A stretch of DNA of 64,000 nucleotides. It comes from an uncultured Christensenellaceae bacterium. Its GTDB lineage: Bacteria; Bacillota; Clostridia; Christensenellales; UBA3700. The notes below the pieces were generated by a model, which saw only the letters and a program-made list of their open reading frames with translations, did no database searches and was not told the origin of the DNA. The translations under genes were made by a program, and so were the position numbers. Below are positions 35,790 through 44,518 of this stretch, one piece after another. The DNA lies in the NCBI GenBank assembly GCA_944383895.1, contig CALWRH010000004.1, positions 17,287 through 81,286 on the forward strand. Reading direction: 5' to 3'. Position 1 is the first letter of the stretch. Every line of letters begins with the position of its first letter.

Positions 35790-37112
35790 TTATTCCATAG
35801 CCTCTTTAATAGCCGCGGCAAGCGACAGGCTGTCCGTCGTATCGTAATGCGGGCATACGGAGAGAAGTCCCGCTATGCCGTAGTCGTAACAGAACGCCGC
35901 CATATCCCTGACAAACAGATATCCGTTGAATCTTATTTCGGTGTCGCCTTCTTTGACGACGTTGCCGTATTTTCCGAGTTGTTCTGCATAGTCGCAATAC
36001 TTATACAGGGTTTCCGTTTCTTTGTCGTAGCTGTAGAAAGGAACGGTGAGGTGTGTTTTGGATTTAGGCAGATCGCTGTCCTTTACCGTTTCGAGAGTTT
36101 CGCATACCGTTTCCGAAAAAGCAGACTTGTTATTGTCGTCGAGATTGGGGGTAAGGACATAGAAGTTGTCGATGTAATTTTTGGACTGCTTATCGAAAAA
36201 TCTTGCGTCGGGGTTGATAAAAATACCTATTTCGTACGGCGACATAACCTTGCCGCGAAGTGTATCGATAAAGTCGTTGTAAGAGCCGTAATCGAAGAAG
36301 TTGATGCCGCTGTCGAAACCGAATACGACGCCGTCAAAGTCAGAACCCTTGAGAAGTTCCGAAACGTTGGTCGCAAGAGTTTCTGCATTGTTCTTGAACG
36401 CATTGTGACGCACGTCGTTTTCGTCTTGACCATCTGACGGTTCAGGCAAAATGACGATATGGATATTTGCATCCTGATTGAAAGAGCGGATCTTTCTGGT
36501 AACGTCGATGAGTTCGAACTTGCCTACGTTGAGATTGCCGCTTGAATCGAAGGTCGCAAGCGGATATATTATATAATCGGTATAGTTTTTCAGAAGAGTG
36601 GTGTCCACGCCGTCGAAAGGATTGCCGTTTTCGTTGAGTCTGACAAAAGCGGTGGAGTGGAAGTTACGGTTTCTCGAAAGGTTGTAAATGCCGATATTCG
36701 TCAGCTTATACGTGCCTTTGCAAGATGTGATTTTTACCGTTACGGAAGTGGCGGTGGTAGAACCGAGATATACGTTTCTCATTTTGCCGATGTTGTCCTG
36801 AGAATATACCAGCTCGTCGTTGACGTATATTTCAAAACCCGTAACGTTGGTGCCGTTTTCGTAGAGGAATATTTCGTTGAATTCTACTGCGCTGTCCCAC
36901 GAGATCCTGACCCATGCCTCGCCGGATGCTTTCAGAGAGAAGTTTATCTTTCTGTCGCCGTTGCTGTATGTGAACTTTGCATAATCGGCGAGGTTGGTAG
37001 CGTTGATTTCAAAAAGGTTTTTAATATCGCTGCAACCTGCGAGTACGCTGCACAGTAAAGCGAGCGTAAAAACAATAACTATTACAGATACGATCAACGA
37101 CTTCTTTTTCAT
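35790..37112 (-). CDS. Lipoprotein with discoidin/CBM32-like N-domain and a GH18-like domain with a degenerate catalytic motif
   Basis: Signal peptide plus lipobox LAGCSD. An N-terminal beta-sandwich-like segment of about 120 aa. FDGVVFGFDSG aligns to the GH18 motif DGxDxDxE but lacks the acidic residues. Confidence 0.8.
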   Translation of the reverse strand: MKKKSLIVSVIVIVFTLALLCSVLAGCSDIKNLFEINATNLADYAKFTYSNGDRKINFSLKASGEAWVRISWDSAVEFNEIFLYENGTNVTGFEIYVNDELVYSQDNIGKMRNVYLGSTTATSVTVKITSCKGTYKLTNIGIYNLSRNRNFHSTAFVRLNENGNPFDGVDTTLLKNYTDYIIYPLATFDSSGNLNVGKFELIDVTRKIRSFNQDANIHIVILPEPSDGQDENDVRHNAFKNNAETLATNVSELLKGSDFDGVVFGFDSGINFFDYGSYNDFIDTLRGKVMSPYEIGIFINPDARFFDKQSKNYIDNFYVLTPNLDDNNKSAFSETVCETLETVKDSDLPKSKTHLTVPFYSYDKETETLYKYCDYAEQLGKYGNVVKEGDTEIRFNGYLFVRDMAAFCYDYGIAGLLSVCPHYDTTDSLSLAAAIKEAME

Positions 37113-37245
37113 AGTAATTTTATTATATCATATTATCCGTCAAAACGCATAAAAAATTTATAAAAATCGAAATTAGCAAGTTTTTACGCATTTGTTATGA
37201 CTGTTTACAGGTTTCTGCGGCTGAAATAATTGCGTATCGCAGAGT

Positions 37246-37269
37246 AAAGGCGGCGTAAAAAACGCCGCC
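37246..37269 (-). terminator. Intrinsic terminator of rubrerythrin
   Basis: GGCGGCG-N7-CGCCGCC (37249-37269), with TTTAC following on the minus strand. Confidence 0.6.
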
Positions 37270-37317
37270 CGATTGTGAGGGGGATTTATGTGCATAACGC
37301 ACACGGGTATGAAAAAA

Positions 37318-37914
37318 TCAGTTGTTGTCGTTGAGCTTGAGCATGACTGCACCCTGTTTTGCCTGACAGAGAGGGCATACCTTCCATGCCTCTTTCGAGG
37401 TAGCCTCGTAGCCGCAGTCGGCGCACTTCCATTTTACAGCCTTGGGACGGCAATAGAGTTTGCCTTGAGAGAGCTGATTGTAAAGATCTGTAAACAGCTT
37501 GTTGTGGCATGTTTCAACCTGTACAACGTTGTCGAAAAGTCCCGCGATATCCTTGAAACCTTCTTTTCTTGCGGTTTCGGCAAAAGCGGGATAAATTCTC
37601 GTTGCCTCTTCGTTTTCGTCATCCGCCGCGAACTTGAGATTGTCGACAAGGTTCCACTTTTCCTTGAACGGATATTCCGCGCATATCTCCACAGAATCGA
37701 TTGCAGCGTTTTTATCTGCCGTCTGTATAAAAGAGTAGAACATGCGCGAGTGATGAAATTCCTGAGTGGATACCTGTTTGATCATTTTCGCAAGTTCGGT
37801 ATATCCTTCCTGTTTCGCGCCGTAAGCCATATACTCGTAGCGCGCCTTTGCCATACACTCTCCCGCAAAAGCGCGGGCGAGATTCTTAAAAGTTTCACTG
37901 TCTTTGAGTTGCAT
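37318..37914 (-). CDS. rbr: Rubrerythrin
   Basis: 198 aa. Ferritin-like di-iron N-domain plus a C-terminal rubredoxin-like CADCGYE...CPLCQ. GGAGG SD. Confidence 0.9.
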   Translation of the reverse strand: MQLKDSETFKNLARAFAGECMAKARYEYMAYGAKQEGYTELAKMIKQVSTQEFHHSRMFYSFIQTADKNAAIDSVEICAEYPFKEKWNLVDNLKFAADDENEEATRIYPAFAETARKEGFKDIAGLFDNVVQVETCHNKLFTDLYNQLSQGKLYCRPKAVKWKCADCGYEATSKEAWKVCPLCQAKQGAVMLKLNDNN

Positions 37915-38062
37915 AATTACCTCCGTCGAGCTAAGTATTGACGGATTTTTTTGCGATATTCATTTGCTTTTATAAAATGACGTTAGCGTGCCGTCGTTGA
38001 AAACACTAAATTAATTGTTCGGCATTTTATAAGGTATAAGTATTGTAGAGATAATTTGAAAT

Positions 38063-38091
38063 GATTTTTACCAAAAATATTGGTAAAAATC
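38063..38091. promoter_or_regulatory. Perfect 10-bp inverted repeat upstream of rubrerythrin (candidate operator)
   Basis: GATTTTTACC-N9-GGTAAAAATC, about 150 bp upstream of the rbr start codon. Confidence 0.4.
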
Positions 38092-38170
38092 AATTGCAGA
38101 TAAATGCTATTTTTTTTGGGCAAGAATAGGAACAAAGAAAAATAAACGTTGCAATATGTTTATAAATGTA

Positions 38171-38336
38171 GTACTTTCACAAAAACCACGTTTTTGTGAA
38201 AAGTACAATATGAGTCCGTCAGCCGTAGGGTAGGACAAGGCTTGGAGGGGATAAAGTAAGGGGAAACACAAATCACCGCGTATATGAAAAGGGCTGTCCT
38301 TGCGGACAGCCGTTTGATTTAGCGTAGTGATTTTGG
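38171..38336 (+). repeat. Structured non-coding unit A (candidate sRNA or miniature hairpin-ended element)
   Basis: 5' AT-rich hairpin (TTCACAAAAA-CCACG-TTTTTGTGAA, 38176-38200). G-rich core GGAGGGG..AAGGGG. GC hairpin GGCTGTCC-TTGC-GGACAGCC (38292-38311) followed by GTTTGATTT. Enclosing pairing 38270-38279 / 38322-38333. Confidence 0.55.
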
Positions 38337-38377
38337 CGTATTTTGTTAAAAGTTTGATGTAATAGCAAGTTGTATTT

Positions 38378-38543
38378 TCTTTTTACAAAAACCACGCTTT
38401 TTGTAAAAAGTACAATGAGAGTCCGTTAGCCGCAGGGTAGGACGAGGCTTGGAGGGGATAAAGTAAGGGGAAACACAAATCACCGCGTATATGAAAAGGG
38501 CTGTCCTTGCGGACAGTCCTTTGATTTAGCGTAGTGATTTTGG
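38378..38543 (+). repeat. Structured non-coding unit B (second copy, offset about 207 bp)
   Basis: Same architecture as unit A. A 71-nt core is identical. The 5' hairpin carries a compensatory C-G to T-A change. The GC hairpin (38499-38518) doubles as the terminator for the convergent UPF0210 operon. Confidence 0.55.
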
Positions 38544-38564
38544 TGCCCCTTGCTAAGCGAAGCG

Positions 38565-39914
38565 TCAGTTTTTATTACTATGCAACGGCGCGGGAATTCT
38601 TCCTCCGCGATTGACGAACTTGGAAGGATCGCTGCGGTTTATGCTCATGATAGGTGCCTCGCCGAGCAGTCCGCCGAAAGTCGCTGTTTCGCCTTCTTTC
38701 TTGCCGTATACGGGTATTACTCTGACAGCAGTCGTCTTGGTGTTGACTACGCCGATAGCGATTTCGTCGGCGATCAGAGCGGATATGATCTCGGGAGAAA
38801 CGTCGCCCGGGATAGCTATCATGTCAAGGCCGACAGAACATACCGCCGTCATTGCCTCGAGTTTTTCGATCGAGAGCAGTCCGCTTTCCGCCGCCTTTAT
38901 CATGCCTGCGTCTTCGGATACGGGGATAAACGCGCCCGAAAGTCCGCCGACGTGGTTGCTTGCCATAATGCCGCCTTTCTTTACCGCGTCGTTGAGCAGG
39001 GCGAGCGTTGCGGTAGTGCCGCAAGCGCCTACGCTTTCAAGACCTATCTCTTCGAGGATATGCGCGACGCTGTCGCCGACTACGGGGGTAGGAGCGAGCG
39101 AGAGGTCGACTATGCCGTAGCTTACTCCGAGTCTGTTTGCCGCCTCGCGTGCAACGAGCTGACCTACGCGGGTTATCTTGAACGCAGTCTGCTTTATGAC
39201 TTCCGCTACCTGAGTGAGGTCGCCGTCAACCTGTTCGAGCGCGACTTTGACTACGCCGGGTCCGGATACGCCGACGTTGACTACCGCGTCGTCCTCGCCG
39301 CTGCCGAGGAACGCGCCTGCCATGAACGGGTTGTCCTCTACCGCGTTCGCGAAAACGACGAGTTTAGCGCATGCTAAGCTGTCCTGATCGCGGGTGAGGT
39401 ATGCGCAGTCCTTGACTATCTTGCCCATGAGTTTGACTGCGTCCATGTTTATGCCCGCTTTTGACGTAGCGACGTTGACCGAAGAGCATATCTTCTTGGT
39501 CGTGGACAAAGCCTCGGGGATGCTGAGCAAAAACTCCTTTTCGTAAGGGGTCATCGCCTTGTGCACGAGTGCGGAATAGCCTCCGAGGAAGTCTATGCCG
39601 ATTTCGTCTGCTACTTTATCGAGAGTCCTGATGATCTCGAGATGTCCTTTGCTTGCCGCCGCGACAAGACTGACGGGAGTTACCGCGATACGCTTGTTTA
39701 CGATCGGTACGCCTATTTCGCCCGATATATCGTTGCCTATTCTGACGAGGTTGCCCGCCTTTTTCATAAGCTTGTCGTATATCTTGTCGCAGGTGCGCTT
39801 GGGACTGTCCGTAATGCAGTCGAACAGCGAAACGCCGAGCGTTATCGTTCTGACGTCGAGGTGCTGATGCGACACCATGTTTATGGTTTCTAAGATTTCG
39901 CTTGTAGAGTACAT
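38565..39914 (-). CDS. UPF0210 family protein (PFL-like, DUF711)
   Basis: 449 aa. The N-terminus [30 protein letters not shown] matches my recollection of the UPF0210 family. It is paired with an ACT protein, as is usual. Confidence 0.8.
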   Translation of the reverse strand: MYSTSEILETINMVSHQHLDVRTITLGVSLFDCITDSPKRTCDKIYDKLMKKAGNLVRIGNDISGEIGVPIVNKRIAVTPVSLVAAASKGHLEIIRTLDKVADEIGIDFLGGYSALVHKAMTPYEKEFLLSIPEALSTTKKICSSVNVATSKAGINMDAVKLMGKIVKDCAYLTRDQDSLACAKLVVFANAVEDNPFMAGAFLGSGEDDAVVNVGVSGPGVVKVALEQVDGDLTQVAEVIKQTAFKITRVGQLVAREAANRLGVSYGIVDLSLAPTPVVGDSVAHILEEIGLESVGACGTTATLALLNDAVKKGGIMASNHVGGLSGAFIPVSEDAGMIKAAESGLLSIEKLEAMTAVCSVGLDMIAIPGDVSPEIISALIADEIAIGVVNTKTTAVRVIPVYGKKEGETATFGGLLGEAPIMSINRSDPSKFVNRGGRIPAPLHSNKN

Positions 39915-39926
39915 ATTGTAAATTCC

Positions 39927-40214
39927 TCAGTTGGATTTTGACAGCGAAACGTTGTGCATGCTGTCGAATATGCTTTTGAGTTGTATCTGGATCTGTACGC
40001 CGATTTTTTCGCCGAGCGCGTTGAGATTTGACTTGATGACGTCGAAACGGGGAGCGTTTTCACAGATCTCTACCGCCATGATCATCGTGAAGTATTCCTG
40101 CAGAATAGTCTGAGAAATGTCTTCGATATTAACGTCCATGTCGTAGAGGGCGTTGGATACTTTGGCGATAATGCCTTTTTTGTCCTTTCCGATAACGGAA
40201 ACGATTGCTTTCAT
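39927..40214 (-). CDS. ACT domain protein (UPF0237 type)
   Basis: 95 aa. MKAIVSVIGKDKKGIIAKVS... ACT fold signature. Immediately upstream of the UPF0210 gene. Confidence 0.8.
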   Translation of the reverse strand: MKAIVSVIGKDKKGIIAKVSNALYDMDVNIEDISQTILQEYFTMIMAVEICENAPRFDVIKSNLNALGEKIGVQIQIQLKSIFDSMHNVSLSKSN

Positions 40215-40224
40215 ATGGTACCTC

Positions 40225-40779
40225 TCAATAATTTAATATGACTTTGCCGACGATCCAATCCTGCTCGATACAGCCGTATATATGACTGTCGAGAGAGTCG
40301 TTGCGATTGTCGCCGAGTACGAACAATTGATTTTCTCCCACGGTAATGCCTGTGGTGGTCAGCGCGGCGTAGACTTCTTTATCTCCGCTCATAAAGTAAT
40401 TGCTGTCATAACCCGTCTTTTCGGCATAATCGTCAATAGGTTTGCCGTTGACGGTATAATCCATCTTGTCTATATCGAAATATATCACGTCGCCGGGGAG
40501 CCCTACTATGCGTTTTATCGGCGGAGAGTCGTTGCCTGGGATCTTGAATACGATCACGTCGCCTCTGTCGAGAGAGTAACCCACTTTTGCGAGCAGAACC
40601 TTGTCGCCCGTATCGTAGGTGGGATACATCGATCTTCCCGATACGCTCATCGGCGTAACGAAAAAGAGCAGAGTTATTATGACAAGCACGAGCAGGACGA
40701 TTATCACGCTCAGAGCTACGTTGATCAGGTTAAGGCGGCGGGACTTTTTTTCGTTTCCGTTGTCAAGAAGAGAGTCCAT
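40225..40779 (-). CDS. lepB: Signal peptidase I (S26)
   Basis: TM anchor, catalytic SGRSMYPT, GDNRNDSLDSH box. Confidence 0.9.
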   Translation of the reverse strand: MDSLLDNGNEKKSRRLNLINVALSVIIVLLVLVIITLLFFVTPMSVSGRSMYPTYDTGDKVLLAKVGYSLDRGDVIVFKIPGNDSPPIKRIVGLPGDVIYFDIDKMDYTVNGKPIDDYAEKTGYDSNYFMSGDKEVYAALTTTGITVGENQLFVLGDNRNDSLDSHIYGCIEQDWIVGKVILNY

Positions 40780-40963
40780 TGTTGTCGCCTCCGATTATCT
40801 TTTTAACGCTTTTTTCGAATTTCAGCGCGTCGAGCATCACGCTTCTACCGCATTTGTCGCAGACTATTTTTACGTCTGCGCCCGTTCTCGTGATAGTCCA
40901 GACGTTGTTTCCGCAAGGATGAGATTTTTTGGTCACGGCTTTGTCGCCCACTTTATACTGCAT
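40763..40963 (-). CDS. DUF951 family protein
   Basis: 66 aa. HPCGNNVW...CDKCGR Zn-ribbon-like pattern typical of DUF951. Confidence 0.7.
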   Translation of the reverse strand: MQYKVGDKAVTKKSHPCGNNVWTITRTGADVKIVCDKCGRSVMLDALKFEKSVKKIIGGDNNGLSS

Positions 40964-40970
40964 GATCGAA

Positions 40971-42629
40971 TTATACCCAAAGTATGTTCTTGAAAATCAC
41001 TCCGTTAATTTTATGGAACGAAAGGCTCTTTATATTGCTCCAGCCCTTCAGAGGTGCAAGCGTCTGCGTTTTGAAGGAAGAGGGAGAGAGAGAACATTTT
41101 GTCCACTCTCCGTCGCCGTTTACCGTGCATACGGCGGTGTAGAAGACTTTTTTGCCGTTTTCCTTATTGCAGACTCTGACCTCGACCGTCGTCGTGCGGG
41201 GGCTGTATGCGTCGAACTGCAACAGGCTTTCGTCCGTGCGCAGATATTTGTCCTCTCCTACGCTGTACGTCGTGATGTCGGCGTCCTCGCAGGTTATGCC
41301 GAGTATGTCGTATGCTCCCGCTTTGAGGAAAGGAGCGGTGCAGGACAGATAGTGATCCGAGTTTTCGGATACGAAACATCCCGTACCGTTTTTGCGCTCG
41401 TAAATGATATGCGTTCTGCGTGTAAGCACGCGTTTTACGCTTTCGGGGAGTTTTATAAACTCTTCGAAAGAGGAGAGCAGCGAGCCGTCGTCATACTCTA
41501 CGTTGACGAAGACGAAGGCGCATTGCGCGCTTTCCGCAACGGGGATTTCGCAGCGTTTGCAGCCGTTTTGCGGCAATATGATCTTGTTCCAGTTTCTTAT
41601 AGTGCCGTCCAGCTCGTCGAAAGCGTACCATACCGATATCTCTTTTGCTGCGAGAGGAGCGTCTACGGTGAGTTTGGCGACGAGCATATCGTCCTCGATC
41701 GCGAGGGCGCAGTCGGGGCTCTTTTTCAGCCTCGGTACTTTGCTGTCGTAAAAGTCGATAAAATTGAGTTGGGTATGCAGCGCACTCTGCGGCAGCAGAA
41801 GTCCCGTGTTGGGGCAGACGGTGCAATATACGCGCTCGTTGTCTATCAAAGACAGCGTATTTTCTATGCGGTCGATGCTGGAGATCGGGTTGTTGGAGCC
41901 GCATACGAGAAGGCACGGACACTCGACGTATCTTGCGTATGTCTGGCTTGCGCAACCGGCGAACCATCTTTCGCGTTCGTCGGTAAGCTGCATAGGTTCA
42001 GCGTTTTCGTCAAATCTGAAAATGTCTTCGTATTCTCTCCAGCCTGCGTTGTTTATGGATACCGCGGCGTCGACGCGTTTGTCCATAGCAGCTGTCTGCC
42101 AAAGCATATCCGCGCCCTCGCGCGCTCCGACAAGTACGATCCTGCAATCCTTGGAAAGAGTCTTTATAAACGTGATGACTCTGCGCGTGATCCTAGTCCA
42201 CAGATACTGACAGCTGTCTTTTGCCGTAGGCTCTGCTACGGACATATGTCCTTCACTGTGACTGAGTTCTCCGTACTTTACGCTCTCGGGATAACGCGAA
42301 CGTCTGAGCACGTCCGGATTGCCTGCGTTGTAATCGAAACAGATAAATCCGAAACCGCGGTCGATAAAACCGTTTACGAAAGTATCGGGAGGCGGGGTGC
42401 CCGCTCCGTCTTTGATGTATATTGCAATTTTCGGAGAAACGGACGTAGGGTACGATCCGTTTATGAAAATACGCGGCGCGCCGTCCGTATAGACGTCGCC
42501 GTTGAAAAACGCTTCGAAAGCGATACGACCGTTCTGTTTGCGGAAATCCCTGAAGGATATCTGCAGAGGAGCTTCCTCGGGGTCGTAGTCCTGCCATATC
42601 TGCAATGGCGTCAGAATAATGTTGTCCAT
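40971..42629 (-). CDS. Hypothetical protein with alpha/beta-hydrolase-like N-domain (nucleophile elbow reads GAREG)
   Basis: 552 aa with normal amino-acid composition. The opposite-strand 573-aa ORF is R/V/F-rich shadow. IVLVGAREGADML sits where esterases carry GxSxG. Confidence 0.75.
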   Translation of the reverse strand: MDNIILTPLQIWQDYDPEEAPLQISFRDFRKQNGRIAFEAFFNGDVYTDGAPRIFINGSYPTSVSPKIAIYIKDGAGTPPPDTFVNGFIDRGFGFICFDYNAGNPDVLRRSRYPESVKYGELSHSEGHMSVAEPTAKDSCQYLWTRITRRVITFIKTLSKDCRIVLVGAREGADMLWQTAAMDKRVDAAVSINNAGWREYEDIFRFDENAEPMQLTDERERWFAGCASQTYARYVECPCLLVCGSNNPISSIDRIENTLSLIDNERVYCTVCPNTGLLLPQSALHTQLNFIDFYDSKVPRLKKSPDCALAIEDDMLVAKLTVDAPLAAKEISVWYAFDELDGTIRNWNKIILPQNGCKRCEIPVAESAQCAFVFVNVEYDDGSLLSSFEEFIKLPESVKRVLTRRTHIIYERKNGTGCFVSENSDHYLSCTAPFLKAGAYDILGITCEDADITTYSVGEDKYLRTDESLLQFDAYSPRTTTVEVRVCNKENGKKVFYTAVCTVNGDGEWTKCSLSPSSFKTQTLAPLKGWSNIKSLSFHKINGVIFKNILWV

Positions 42630-42765
42630 ACAAAAATTATTATAGTATAGAGGTAAAAAAAATGCAAGTGCTTACGACGCGCGATTGCGAAACGCATGCG
42701 GGCAGATAAATCAAAATCATAAACGCGATCTTTGCGGCATAAATTAGCAGGGAACGGAGGTTGAT

Positions 42766-43248
42766 ATGGCGGAATATGACGATTACAGGCTTGCAAACGA
42801 CGACGAAGTAAACAAAATGAACTCCGAATATGCAGAGAAGAACGCAGAAAAGGGCAGAAAAGAGGCGCGGGCGGGGCTGCCAGTATATCTTACCGACGAG
42901 GCGCACCGCGCGGCGGAAAGTTGTTTTTCTGCGGCGCAGGGCTGCGTGTATCTTCTGGATTACGCGACTACGCCCGAGGAAAGAAAACTGCTCAAGTATG
43001 CCGCGGACTCTATGAACGGACTGTGTTCTGCGCTCGGCAGAGGCAGAAAAATATCGTCTGCGGAGCCTTTCGGCACGCACGGCGTAAAGCGCACGCTCGA
43101 AAAGACTTTCGTGCTCTGCAACGACGCCGCGATAAGACTTTGCAGGATCGCGGATTCGTCGGGAGGGGACGCTTTTCTGTGCTCCGCTGCAAGGACGGCG
43201 CTTTGCGCTACGCAGAGCGCGCTCGCGGTTTATCTTATGCAAATTTAG
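42766..43248 (+). CDS. Hypothetical helical protein with three C-x7-C motifs
   Basis: GGAGG SD. SCFSAAQGC, LCNDAAIRLC, LCSAARTALC. Reminiscent of Cys-rich four-helix-bundle (DUF326-like) proteins. Confidence 0.65.
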   Translation: MAEYDDYRLANDDEVNKMNSEYAEKNAEKGRKEARAGLPVYLTDEAHRAAESCFSAAQGCVYLLDYATTPEERKLLKYAADSMNGLCSALGRGRKISSAEPFGTHGVKRTLEKTFVLCNDAAIRLCRIADSSGGDAFLCSAARTALCATQSALAVYLMQI

Positions 43249-43331
43249 GCACCCGTGTTGATTAAACAAGATAATTTTTTTGCGACGAGAGCAGATCTTT
43301 CGCCGCTTTTTTGTATATGAGGATAAAAAAA

Positions 43332-43350
43332 TCCCGCCTTCGAGGCGGGA
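43332..43350 (-). terminator. Intrinsic terminator of the DUF378 gene
   Basis: TCCCGCC-TTCGA-GGCGGGA. On the minus strand a T-run follows (plus-strand A-run at 43325-43331). Confidence 0.8.
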
Positions 43351-43369
43351 GCAAAAACGGCTTTACGTT

Positions 43370-43615
43370 TTATTCGTGATCGTGCATTTTGTTGCCTTTT
43401 TCGATAGCGTTGATTCTCTTGGGGTTGAACTTGTTGTAAATGAGATAAACAATAGTCCAGATACCCGCGATGCCTACTATCGCGTAGAGAATACGTGCGC
43501 CGACGTATGCTTCGGACGTGAATATCCAATTGACGAAGTTGAAATCGAAAATACCCACGCTCAGCCAGTTGAGTGCGCCTACTACGAGCAGTATCAAAGC
43601 GATTACGGTTATCAT
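43370..43615 (-). CDS. DUF378 domain membrane protein
   Basis: 81 aa, two TM helices, GALNWLSVGIFDFNFV motif. Confidence 0.8.
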   Translation of the reverse strand: MITVIALILLVVGALNWLSVGIFDFNFVNWIFTSEAYVGARILYAIVGIAGIWTIVYLIYNKFNPKRINAIEKGNKMHDHE

Positions 43616-43789
43616 GACGGCCTCCTTTTATATAGATTAAGGCTGCTTGCCTTATCGGTAGTTTGCATAAACGCGCAAAAATTATCCGTGCAAAAACAAT
43701 TGAAATATAAGCGGTTTTAGTTTATAATCTTTATAAAGTCGCTTTTTCGGTGTAAAATCAAGGCGGCAATCAGCAATCGGAGTATAAAA

Positions 43790-44518
43790 ATGGCAAGCAG
43801 AGGAAAAAAGAAAACTCAGGCAAGAGGGACTCAGGCTCCCGTGGTTCAGGTCGTGAACGCAAAAAAAGACAACCGTTGGATAATAGTTTCGGCGGCTGCT
43901 CTCGTGTTGCTCGCAATATTCCTCTTTCTGAATTCCTTTACTATTCAGGCTAACATAGAATATACGACGGATGACGGCACGAACGTGTTCGAAGATGTAG
44001 ACAAGAGCGAGCTGTCTTTCGCTAAGAGCGCGGTCACGATCATATTTGCTCCCGTCAACGGGTACGAGGGCGCGGTGGATTATACGATAAAGAATCTGCC
44101 TTTGCTTTCCGGCAGCGATATGGCTCAGGACATCGCCAAGCAGTTTATTTCGTCTTATCCGCAGAGCAAGCTCGATCTTCTCGACAGCGCGTACAATACG
44201 ATCTACGTTACAGAGCTCGCTTATTGCGTACTGTCACTTGCATATTTCGTAATGCTTATAGTCGTGCTCGTCCGCAGAAAAGAAGGCGACGACGTCATAG
44301 CGTTGGCAGGCACTTCCGTCATGACGGCGTTTTCGGCGGCGCGACTTATCATAGGTCTTATAATGTGCATGCAGAGCACGAGCGATTTTCTTATTACGGC
44401 GGGCGGCGCGCCCTGGCTCGCTCTCGTGGTAACGGCTGCGGCTACGGTATTGCTTGCGGTGCTTGTAGCAAAGCGCCTTAAGGAGAAAAAAGCAGCCGCT
44501 ACGGAGAAAAAGCAATGA
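43790..44518 (+). CDS. Hypothetical 4-TM membrane protein
   Basis: 242 aa. Basic N-terminus and hydrophobic helices. ATGA overlap with the next gene. Confidence 0.7.
   Translation: MASRGKKKTQARGTQAPVVQVVNAKKDNRWIIVSAAALVLLAIFLFLNSFTIQANIEYTTDDGTNVFEDVDKSELSFAKSAVTIIFAPVNGYEGAVDYTIKNLPLLSGSDMAQDIAKQFISSYPQSKLDLLDSAYNTIYVTELAYCVLSLAYFVMLIVVLVRRKEGDDVIALAGTSVMTAFSAARLIIGLIMCMQSTSDFLITAGGAPWLALVVTAAATVLLAVLVAKRLKEKKAAATEKKQ

Noticed and set aside
35555-35821. 88-aa minus-strand ORF between the lipoprotein gene and the Gx/rnf promoter.
   Set aside because: It spans the lipoprotein gene's terminator hairpin and its 3' end, has no SD and no recognisable motif.
38171-38543. The tandem repeat read as a CRISPR array, a DGR template/variable repeat pair, or a coding duplication.
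   Set aside because: There are only two copies, at about 207-bp period, with no short spacers and no cas genes. The differences are not adenine-specific and no reverse transcriptase is nearby. No conserved ORF exists: the mini-ORFs differ between copies or lie inside the terminator stem without an SD.
42662-42709. 15-aa mini-ORF (MQVLTTRDCETHAGR) with a GAGGT 8 nt upstream, in the leader of the Cys-rich protein gene.
   Set aside because: It is too short to support from sequence alone, and conservation cannot be checked here. It could be a leader peptide, but I cannot back that up.
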